Assembly: GCF_006345805.1 (NCBI RefSeq)
Contig: NC_043000.1
Location: 118,544,001-118,608,000, forward strand
Direction: 5' to 3'
DNA from: Octopus sinensis
Taxonomy: Eukaryota
DNA length: 64,000 nucleotides
Shown here: positions 53,606-64,000 of the stretch, one piece after another
Layout: every line of letters begins with the position of its first letter
Numbering within the stretch: the first letter of the stretch is position 1
Made by a program: the position numbers and the translations under genes
The notes under the pieces: generated by a model
What the model was told of the DNA's origin: nothing
The model's database searches: none
What the model saw: only the letters and a program-made list of their open reading frames with translations

Positions 53606-54227
53606 ATAACAATTAATAAAAGATCCGTGTGCGCGCGCACAACCACAAAGTCCCCGCGGAAAAGAAATTACTGCCAGGATTTCCGGGAGATTTTGTTACA
53701 CGGCCATATTACATTACACTACACTGTAATTGATTACCAGCTAAGCTGATGGCCGATTCCGGATGGACGAGTTTACTAGGGATGTCACATGATTCTGAAT
53801 CCAGCTTTTCTACTACTATTTTGTGAATGTGTGTGTGTGTGTGTGTTTAGTTTAATGATCTCCTCAGATTTCCATGAGCTTTTCTTTCATCATTGTTCGT
53901 AACACCACACGTTTTCGCTAACATCTTCCAAAGCTTGGAAATATTTTTAATTGTTGACAAAAACAAGAACAATAAACAATGTTTTATTAGAAGAGGGATG
54001 CAACTAAATGTATCGAAGGTATCGTGGATGAGGTGAGACTTAAACAACGAGAATCAATGCGATGCGAAAAGAAATAAGTACACACAACAAACAGCCGTGC
54101 ATAAAGAAAGAGAAAGCAAAGAGTGGGCGAGAGAGATAGGTTAAAAAGACGGATAGGATAATATATATTTAATATATATGCATATATCTAATATATATGC
54201 GTATATATATATAATATATAATATATA

Positions 54228-54267
<40 letters not shown>

Positions 54268-54367
54268 CACACATATATATTTATAAATATATATATATAT
54301 ACATATATATATATAAATATAAATATATATATATGTATATACATATACACATCTATATATATGTATA

Positions 54368-54406
<39 letters not shown>

Positions 54407-54587
54407 ACATGTGTGTGTGTGTATATATGTATGTGTGTGTGTGTGTGAGTATACATGCATTAATGTATATATACATATACACATGTACATATATATGCAT
54501 ATATATGTACGTATATTACATATACTCACAATATACATACATTCAAACATACATACATGCACACACATACACACACATATATATATG

Positions 54588-54629
<42 letters not shown>

Positions 54630-54640
54630 TAGATAGATAT

Positions 54641-54699
<59 letters not shown>

Positions 54700-54718
54700 T
54701 ACGTATGTATGTGTATAT

Positions 54719-54784
<66 letters not shown>

Positions 54785-55156
54785 TATATATATATATATA
54801 TATACATGAGGATGCGTAATGTTGTAATTCTAAATTTTGGAGAAATTGCCGTCGCTTTATATTTCATATTTTATTCATTCCTTTCAGCCACTTCCCAGAC
54901 GCTGTTTTAATTTGTATCCAACACCAGTTAGCAACGTCCGTGGGAAAATATGCACACAACTCTAATGTATTGTGAAATGCCGAACACTTTGCCAGTAGCC
55001 ATTAAGAGAGTTTGTGATTCAAAGAGAAATTCAAGTTGCATAATATGTATTTGTATATGTGTATGCGCCTATGCGTGCTCGTACACACACTTACACACAC
55101 ACGTATATATATACATACATATATACATACATATATATATATATATATATACTATA

Positions 55157-55225
<69 letters not shown>

Positions 55226-55241
55226 ATATATATATATATTT

Positions 55242-55282
<41 letters not shown>

Positions 55283-55309
55283 TTATAATATACATACTAT
55301 ATATATATA

Positions 55310-55345
<36 letters not shown>

Positions 55346-55424
55346 TTCTTATATAGATGCAGGTATGCGTTTGTATATAGACATGTGTGTATGTGCGTCT
55401 GTGTCTGTGTGTCTGTCTGTCTGT

Positions 55425-55805
55425 CTTTTATCTTTTACTTGTTTCACTCATTGGACTTCAGGGCTGCGACCATCCTGGAGTTGCGTCATGAAGAGTTTTA
55501 ATCGAACAAATCGACTCGATTTTGTTTTAACGTGTAGGACGAATTCTAAAGGTCCGTCTTGCCGAACCGCTAGATTGCGGGAACATAAATGAACCGACAC
55601 CGCTTGTCAAGTTGTTGAGTGGGGGTGGGGGCCAAAAACAAGCACAAGACAAACACTCATTCACGCATAGACAGATATACACACACACACATATATATAT
55701 ATGTATGTATATATGTGTGCATGTGTATATATATATATGTGTGTGTGTGTGCGTGTATATATATATGTGTGTGTGTGTGTGTGTGCGTGTGTGTGTATAT
55801 GTGTG

Positions 55806-55853
<48 letters not shown>

Positions 55854-56010
55854 ACAGTCTTCTACACAGTTTCCTTCAACCAAACTCAATTCATACTCGT
55901 TCAGCCTGGTGCAATAGTAGAAGACATTTGTCCAAGGTAACGAGCAGCGGTCCTGAGCTCGTAACCCATGTGATTGACAAGCGAACTACTTAACCAGTCA
56001 TACCTGCATC
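55425..56010 (-). mobile_element. SINE family A, diverged, with an expanded internal microsatellite
   Basis: Tail at left and GTAGAAGACATTTGTCCAAGG at right. Confidence 0.7.
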
Positions 56011-57259
56011 TTGTTTTTGACATCATATCAGAACCAACACTATCGGATCACCACCAACACTATCAGAATTTTTTGTCATCTTCATCATCATTCTCGTCGT
56101 GGTTGCCATGATTTCAGATTCCATTCTGACCATTGTCCGTATCTGAACTTTACATTGTCGCTGCAACAAATACGTGGCCAATCGCTGTCAAATAGTTTAG
56201 TGTAGCTAAGCTAGATTATCCAATGTATTCTTAAATCAAACAGTGGTTTAGTTATTAGTTGAGAGTGATTTCTAGCACTTTCAATTTCTTGCAGCGTAAG
56301 CGACCAAAGTTACGTTATTGGTTTGAATTGATAAATTAAACATCGGTGATAAATTGAACAATCTATAACACTCGACAATTCATTTTTAGTATTTGATATC
56401 ATAAGTATAAATTCTAGAGTACCTGACAATCTGTTTTTACAGATATTAATATACAATAGTTATTAATATACACAATATATTTTAATACATGTATACATGT
56501 AGATTGTGTGTGGGGTGGTGGATGTATGTATGTGCTATTCGCTTTGAGTGCAATTCTAAATTCTAAAGTTCTACCTGGCTGTTTATTCAAGGATACTTAA
56601 ATGGTTGATTAGGCGGTCAGGTGGAACTTCCCAGAAATGAATTTTTATTCAATAATTTGACTAATTTCAATACTGAATCTCTCCATTATTAAATGGTCTG
56701 TTGTTATTTACACATTTAGTTATACATATGTTACATATATGTATCCTACTTTCAAAAACAACATTCTTTATTTCCCTTCTACATCCGGTCACTTATTTTT
56801 TGGGTCATGCAAAGACAAACGTGCTTTATTCCGTACTAACACCTCCTCTCTGAACTTTTTCCTCTAACTGACGAAGAGCCATGCTCAAAACGTCGTTTCT
56901 AATCTAATTTTTCGATCTAAAACTTTTGCTGAGCGTTAATCTGACATGGCAGTTTTAGTACACCATAATTTCAAGCAGAACACATTTCTTTCTCTTTCTT
57001 TTTCTTTTGCATCTCAGGAGGGTTATTATGTCAATAAAAAACACACGCACTGGTTCTGTTTTCCTTCTTTTAATTATTAGTCAATTGTTTGATTGTTTGA
57101 TTAATCGTTCGAAACAAGTAAATAATGAAAAGAACATTTTAAATGGGAAGAAGTCGTGACTGCGATGTTGAACATAGGATAGGTTGACTAAAATTAACCT
57201 GGGGTGTTGAACAAAAGAAAAAGACAGAAAGACCCTGTCGGTTCCTCTCAATAACTTAC

Positions 57260-57327
57260 CAGCAACTCTAGATTGGTCATTATATCCAGGGAAACAAAAT
57301 CATCGCTACAGGTTCCATACTCACAAT
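57260..57327 (-). CDS. Candidate 68-nt internal coding exon of an unidentified gene (xCEYGTCSDDFVSLDIMTNLELL)
   Basis: Acceptor TTACTCTTTACATATTTGCTATCAG, donor CTG/GTAAGT, exactly one open frame; no homology recognised. Confidence 0.25.
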
Positions 57328-58397
57328 CTGATAGCAAATATGTAAAGAGTAATGATGCTAAAACTTCAATTTGATCTTTACACTAAAAGCTTTTACAAGT
57401 CGTATCAACGTAAGGAAGCCAACGGGATTCTGGTCTATATTCTATATTCGAAAATAGATATCCATTTATCCCTTTCTATTGGCTTCATTTAATTCAGTAG
57501 CCCCCATTCTGGGGAGACTCATTGTACGTTTTTATATTTCTAATTAGTAACATATTATACGTTATATACCAGGTGTAACATAGATATTACAAAGTTTCCT
57601 GTATGGTGAGTTTCCAAAATTTGCAATTATAACTTCTACATAAATGAACTATTAAAGCTCTTATCATAATGATGTTTTGAGTGTATAATGATGTTTTTAG
57701 TATATAACATTATATATATATATATATATAAATATATATATGTTTGCATACATGTATATATATTCATGTATATCAGCGTGCATATTTATGTATATATGTG
57801 TGAATGTATATATAAAAATGTATGTGTCTTTACACATACTGAGTCATAGAAAGAAATAACACATATATATATATATATATATATATATCTATATATATAA
57901 TATATATATGTATGTATATATATATATGTATATATTATATGTATATATATATGTATCTATATGTGTATATTTATGTATATATATATATATATATGTATTA
58001 TATTAGGTGTATATATATATGTGTGTGTGTATACATAGAGAGAGGGGGATATACATACACAAACACATACGTACAAGCATACATACATAAGGTAAGTAGT
58101 TAAGTGTATATAGTGTATACGTATATAGTTATATATTCATGTATGTAGGAAGGTAGCTTTAGAGATCGATTTGGGGATGAGGTGGGACAACTGAATGAAT
58201 ATTAATGGAAGAATAAAAAGCAATTGATGCGAAGTAAATTATTTTATTGGAATTCGAAATATTTGTGTACTTCACATTAAACGTAGGTACTCTATGTTGT
58301 ACGTACTTATACATACATCATACACATACACGAACGTACGCACACACGCACAAACATATATGTATATATAATTATATACATATGTATATATATGTAT

Positions 58398-58429
<32 letters not shown>

Positions 58430-58510
58430 ATATATTCATACACATGTTATATATAAGTATATAAGTATCTACATATATATATATATATATAAACATACAC
58501 ACTTGCAAAC

Positions 58511-58606
<96 letters not shown>

Positions 58607-58691
58607 TATATAAATATATAGGTTTAGATAGATAGATAGATTATATATATATATAAACATATAATGCTGAGACGCATATAATATTATGTAC

Positions 58692-58746
<55 letters not shown>

Positions 58747-59481
58747 TAGATATAATATGTGTGTCTATATATAAATATATATATAAACCTTCTGTCTATG
58801 TATATATATGGGAATGTTTATGTGTATGTATATTTATGTATATGTCTCTGTGTGTGAGTGTGTTTCTGTGGCTGTGTGTGAATCTCAAGTACGGAACATT
58901 GAAAATACACAATACATTATTTCGTACGTTTTTTCACTTCATATAATGAAAAAAAAATTGACAATTGAATAAAAAATCTAAACATAATAATTCATAAAGA
59001 TGTATGAGTGCGTGAGTTTGTGTGTGTGTGTCCGCGCGCGTGATGTGTGCTAGTGTTTATGTAGCTGTGCTGATATTTTTTTTTAGATAAACAGGAATTA
59101 CATAATCGTGCACCAGTTTCGTTCGAAAGCAACATCAGCCGACCGTACCCATTTACCGGGTAGAAAATATGGGCAAGCGGGTAGAAAATATTGGGCAAGC
59201 GAATGATTCTATGCAACGCAAGTGATGTAGAAAAATTAACTTGGAAATTGTCGTAAATAACAGTGACAAACGAAATTATACACCGCCGGAAGTTCTTGTT
59301 GACAAACAACGGCAGTAATTTTTATTAAGCTGAATGCACGTCATTGATTGGTTGAAATGACCGAAATACGTGAACTTTAAGGTGAAATAACTTCGTAAAT
59401 ATAAGTTTTTCTCAAAAATGCTAAGAGTAAAACATGTTTTATATGACACATTCTACCAGTGTCCAAAGTTTGAAAGTGTTT

Positions 59482-59892
59482 CTCCCTTTTCTCCCTTTTA
59501 CTTGTTTCAGTCATTTGACTGCGGCCATGCTGGAGCACCGCATTTAGTCGAGCAAATCGACCCCGGAACTTATTCTTTGTAAGCCCAGTACTTATTCTAT
59601 CGGTCCCTTTTGCCGAACCGCTAAGTGACGGAGACGTAAACAAACCAGCATCGGTTGTCAAGCAATGCTAGGGGGACAAACACAGACACACAAACACACA
59701 CACACATATATATATTTATATATATATATATATATACGACAGGCTTCTTTCAGTTTCCGTCTACCAAATCCACTCACAAGGCATTGGTCGGCCTGGGGCT
59801 ATAGCAGAAGACACTTGACCAAGGTGCCACGCAGTGAGACTGAACCCGGAACCATGTGGCTGGTTAGCAAGCTACTTACCACACAGCCACTC
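59482..59892 (-). mobile_element. SINE family A flanked by a 154/155-bp direct repeat
   Basis: 59328-59481 and 59893-60047 differ by 4 substitutions and 1 indel. Confidence 0.93.
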
Positions 59893-60589
59893 AGCTGAAT
59901 ACACGTCATTGATTGGTTGAAATTACCGAAATACGAGAACTTTAAGGTGAAATAACTTCGTAAATATAAGTTTTTTCTCAAAAATGCTAAGAGTAAAACA
60001 TGTTTTATATGACACATTCTACCAGTGTCCGAAGTTTGAAAGTGTTTAGTTGCAAAAAATTATTTTTTAAATCTGTAGGGCAAAAAGTAAAGATCCGTTA
60101 GCGGGTAAAAATTTAGGCATTTTTCGGCAAGTTAAAATTAATTAACATTATAAAATTATACTTAAAATTATAGAACGGTATCGAATATCATCGAAGTTTT
60201 CTGAAACACCCTTAATCCGTTTTCTTAGCACCCATAATTCGTTCTTACTTTCAGACACATGTGATCTTTCATTTGTCTTTCGATTTCCAAATGTGCTTTT
60301 CTAAGTGTTGTGTAGTTCTCTGGATGGCGAAAACGGAAAGTTGATGTCCAGGCAACTTTCGGAAGAATATTGAGTCCTATGTAGCAGGGTCACGTTTTTT
60401 TAATGTTGTAATGAGCACGGTACGCAATGTTTTTCTCTTAGAATTGTTTCTATATACGAAACCTCTGTGTGTGTGAGAAAGAGAGTGTGTGTGTTTGTGT
60501 GTATGTGTGTGTGTGTGTGTGTGGACGCACGCGTTTGTATAATTATAAACTCTACTTTTTTGTATGTTTGTATGGAGTACTTATCCTGT

Positions 60590-60780
60590 ATGGAGTACTT
60601 AGCCAAGCTGTATCGGCCTTTTCCTTTCCCTTGGATAACACTGGTGGCGTGGAGAGGGGAGGCCGGTATGCATGGGCGACGGCTGGTCTTCCATAAACAA
60701 CCTTGCCCGGACTTGTGCCTGGGAGGGTAACTTTCTAGATGCAATCCCATGGTCTGTGTCGTGACCGAAGGGGGTCTCAG
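60590..60780. repeat. Unclassified GC-rich interspersed repeat fragment
   Basis: Abrupt GC-rich block without an ORF; classification not supportable. Confidence 0.35.
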
Positions 60781-60960
60781 ACGTATTCTATAGTAAGTAC
60801 CAGTTAAGAATTCATCTGAATTGGTACAAAGCTGAGGCAAATCTATTCCAAAGAGCTCAATGAAATAGCGGCTTGAGGGCTATTGCACTCACCTATGACA
60901 CAGAAAATAAATGGGATGGAAAAAAGAAGAAATATTACATATAAAATACCTAAGATAACT

Positions 60961-61483
60961 TACCGTAAATCCTCGAGTATAATCCGCATTTTTCCCAAAA
61001 TTTAAAGGTCAAAATCCCTAGTGCGTACTATATACGAGGTTAAAAGTGAAAAATATTTTCTAAACAATGTCCGAGTTTCTATTTGCTGTCCGGCAATGTT
61101 TATTCAGATGCATTTTGTGATGTCGGGCGTGAAAATACCTTAAGCTAAGCCTGAAATCAATGAAGTCATAAAAGAATCACCCATAACTTGCAGTAAGCAA
61201 CATTTATTAAAATAACAGTATTCAGAACACAGAATAACATGTAACAAAAACAATTTGCAAACATATTTCCATTCCCATATAACAGTTGAAAACATTACCA
61301 TTATTGTATTACGCATGCGCGGAAGTGTTTGTTCGACTAGGTGCTGCTGGCTTAATTACGCACGACTCAAGTTACAGAAGGGGTGCGTATTATACACAAG
61401 GTTTAGGTTTTTGAGAGGTACAGCCCCCTAAAAATCCCCTGCCTATTATACTCAAGGGCGGATATACTCGAGGATTTACGGTA
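60961..61483. mobile_element. pogo/Tigger-like MITE (523 bp including TA flanks)
   Basis: Perfect TACCGTAAATCCTCGAGTATA / TATACTCGAGGATTTACGGTA ends. Confidence 0.9.
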
Positions 61484-61737
61484 TTAATTTCGTCATAATG
61501 TAAAAATGAGACATTTCTCGTGAATTATTAAGTGATGAATAGTTTATTTAATTTGAGTAATATGGGGAAAACAAACTAGCTGTTCTCGTGCGACATTCAA
61601 TTGAATAAGAAGAGAGGACAAGTCGTTTAATAATTAAACGGTATCAATTTAATATGATTTTCACGAAGAAGAGACTGTAATAGTGTTACATAGAAGATTT
61701 ATACAAGCACACATACTATATATACCCATGCATATGT

Positions 61738-62043
61738 GGAGGCGCAATGGCCCAGTGGTTAGGGCAGCGGACCCGCGGTCGGAGGATCGCGGTTTCGATT
61801 CCCAGACCGGGCTTTGTGTGTGTTTATTGAGCGAAAACACCTAATATCTCCACGAGGCTCCGGCAGGGGATGGTGGCGACCCCTGTTATACTCTTTCGTC
61901 CCAACTTTCTCTCACACTCCCTTCCTGTTTCATGAGTAACACTGCTCTGGACTGGCGTCCCGTCCAGCTGGAGGAAACACATACGTTACAGAAACCGGGA
62001 AACCGGGCCCATGAGCCTGGCTAGGCTTGAAAAGGGCGCATAA
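61738..62043 (+). mobile_element. SINE family C, tail type 2 (V-domain-like TGGACTGGCGTCCCGTCCAG)
   Basis: Same head as 40358, diverging after CTTCCTGTTTC. Confidence 0.85.
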
Positions 62044-62106
62044 GAGGGAAAATAATACCCATGCATATATACATATTTACATACGCAAACAAATACTATA
62101 TATATA

Positions 62107-62261
62107 TATACACACCAGGGGAAAACCACCACGTGGACACCCATATACCAGAAATACACCCGCCATCATTTTTCTTGAGTGCATTTCTTGGTGGTGGGAC
62201 CGTGGCGGATCTGTTTCTGGCATATGGATGTCCACATGGTGGTTTCCCTCTGGTGTGTATA
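62107..62261. repeat. 155-bp foldback with 59-bp arms (8 mismatches)
   Basis: 62107-62165 versus 62203-62261. Confidence 0.88.
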
Positions 62262-62379
62262 TAATGCAATTTTAGTGAACCGTCAATCCTTTTATATGCT
62301 AGACCACTGGTGTGAAATCGATGTGAATTAAATTTATAACTAATTTCTCACCCTCATTTTAAATTTAAATTTAAATTTA

Positions 62380-62429
<50 letters not shown>

Positions 62430-62431
62430 GA

Positions 62432-62726
62432 GTAACAGTAGAGGTACAGGTATCAATCTATTATTGCAGATTCTAACGATTCCTTCAACTGAATAACAGT
62501 GAATCTGTTACTATTTCTGTCAACTGATATAGTAGCAGAATCACTACAAATGCTTTTGCTCCGTGGATTTTAAACTATGTTAAATTATTTCAGATGTCCT
62601 TAATTTTGAAGTTCATGAATTCGTCTGACGGAAACGGTTTCTTTACAATTATATGTTTTCATTAATAAATTAAAGAAATTGTTAGAAACGGCCGTAATGG
62701 ATTGATACCTGTACCTCTACTGTTAC
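62432..62726. mobile_element. MITE with 27-bp perfect TIRs (superfamily unresolved)
   Basis: GTAACAGTAGAGGTACAGGTATCAATC / GATTGATACCTGTACCTCTACTGTTAC, with imperfect extension to about 50 bp. Confidence 0.85.
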
Positions 62727-62956
62727 ACATTAATATTTTATTCGACTGTCTCAGAATCTATCTTTCGTAAATACTATAGACCGTATATTTAATATAATGT
62801 ACATGTCCGTATAGCTCAAGATCGGATTTCTTCACTCAACTATATATATCAGCCGGTACTTATGTACCAAGTTTGGTATTTACAGAATATTGTTTCGTGT
62901 TTATTATTCCGACGTAGCGAAGTGCCTCAAATTAAGTACCTAATTCAACTGAATCT

Positions 62957-63004
<48 letters not shown>

Positions 63005-63203
63005 AGCGTAAAATATGTATACATATTGCTGAGTACACTATAGAGCGGAAGAGGCCACTTGGGAGGCAACGACTACGATGGAGAGACAATTTAGTTAAAT
63101 GAGAATGGTGCGATCAAGAAATATCCAATAGCTTGGTCGATGTATGAGAACATAATATATATATGTGGGGGGGGTGTATGTATATATATATGTGGGGGGG
63201 GTG

Positions 63204-63245
<42 letters not shown>

Positions 63246-63247
63246 TA

Positions 63248-63278
<31 letters not shown>

Positions 63279-63297
63279 ATATATATATATATATAAT

Positions 63298-63328
<31 letters not shown>

Positions 63329-63387
63329 GTGGTATATATATATATACATATATATATATATACATACATGCATACATACATACATAA

Positions 63388-63462
<75 letters not shown>

Positions 63463-63480
63463 ATATATATCGAACGCGGA

Positions 63481-63545
63481 GCCGTTTAGCTCAAAGGATA
63501 GAGTGCTCAGCTGGAATTTAAAAAAACGCAGTTCGATTTTCCGTA
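63481..63545 (+). pseudogene. Degenerate tRNA-like sequence
   Basis: GCCGTTTAGCTCAAAGGATAGAG (A box/D arm-like) and GTTCGATTTTCC (B-box-like); the anticodon and acceptor arms do not pair. Confidence 0.35.
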
Positions 63546-64000
63546 CTTGCTTGCTGGCCACGTTTTCCGTCTAATAAGGAATTTTTTCTATTTTTTTACC
63601 CAATCTTCCAAGCTGTTTTCTCAGCCATTCACCTGCTTTCGAGACAGCAGTTACCAGTTACGTAGGAAAATCATTTCTAAAATTAAAAACCACTATATAT
63701 TTTAAATGCTATGACTAAAACTGTATTCAGCGGGTTATTTAATTAACAGATGAAACACTCTGAAATTACAGTCATTAACAATGATTTCATACGTGGTATA
63801 TCTTACGTACAATCCACATGTTATATAGTCTTTCAGTTCCTTTCGTTCCAAGTTTCATTAAAAAACAACTCATCGTTCCATCTGTTTCCATGAAATTCAT
63901 GTGACACAGGCTTCTAATAATGTTGGACATAAGCGTACAATTTACTTTCATTATTTCATCTCTACTGATAAGAACGATTTAACGTATGAATCCTTAATAA

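Noticed and set aside
56060-56160. Minus-strand YGQWSEW peptide resembling a thrombospondin repeat start
   Set aside because: The frame stops after 23 aa, there are no cysteines or donor, and it merges into a decayed (GAT)n tract.
57220-57245. AAGACAGAAAGACCCTGT resembling a conserved large-subunit rRNA motif
   Set aside because: The similarity is under 20 nt and the flanks show no rRNA homology.

Overview
This is a 64-kb AT-rich eukaryotic window saturated with microsatellites ((TA)n, (CA)n, (TAA)n, (GATA)n, (GAA)n). The SINE families and repeat landscape suggest a coleoid cephalopod, probably Octopus; this is an inference from remembered repeat families, not a database result. No intact host gene can be supported, and almost all ORFs in the track are microsatellite read-throughs, so the window looks intronic or intergenic. 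Supported content: three tRNA-derived SINE families (A, CORE-like; B, often multimeric; C, two tail types), three decayed Penelope-like element (PLE) bodies plus several PLE terminal repeats with hammerhead-like motifs, an ORF1-only L1/Tx1-like element, decayed RTE LINE pieces, three ~570-bp mariner derivatives, Tc1 remnants, a pogo-like MITE, three non-autonomous Helitrons, and many foldback inverted repeats. The most interesting signals concern small-RNA retroposition: (1) SINE-B multimers with a fixed self-complementary junction, one trimer inside a single 16-bp TSD; (2) a foldback element combining a Pol III tRNA-like head with a hammerhead-like motif; (3) a PLE repeat family whose hammerhead core lacks A6 in all three copies; (4) a SINE flanked by a 154-bp direct repeat; (5) a gag-like ORF1-only element sitting between a SINE head and a SINE tail. 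Coordinates of decayed elements are approximate (about +/-10-30 bp).
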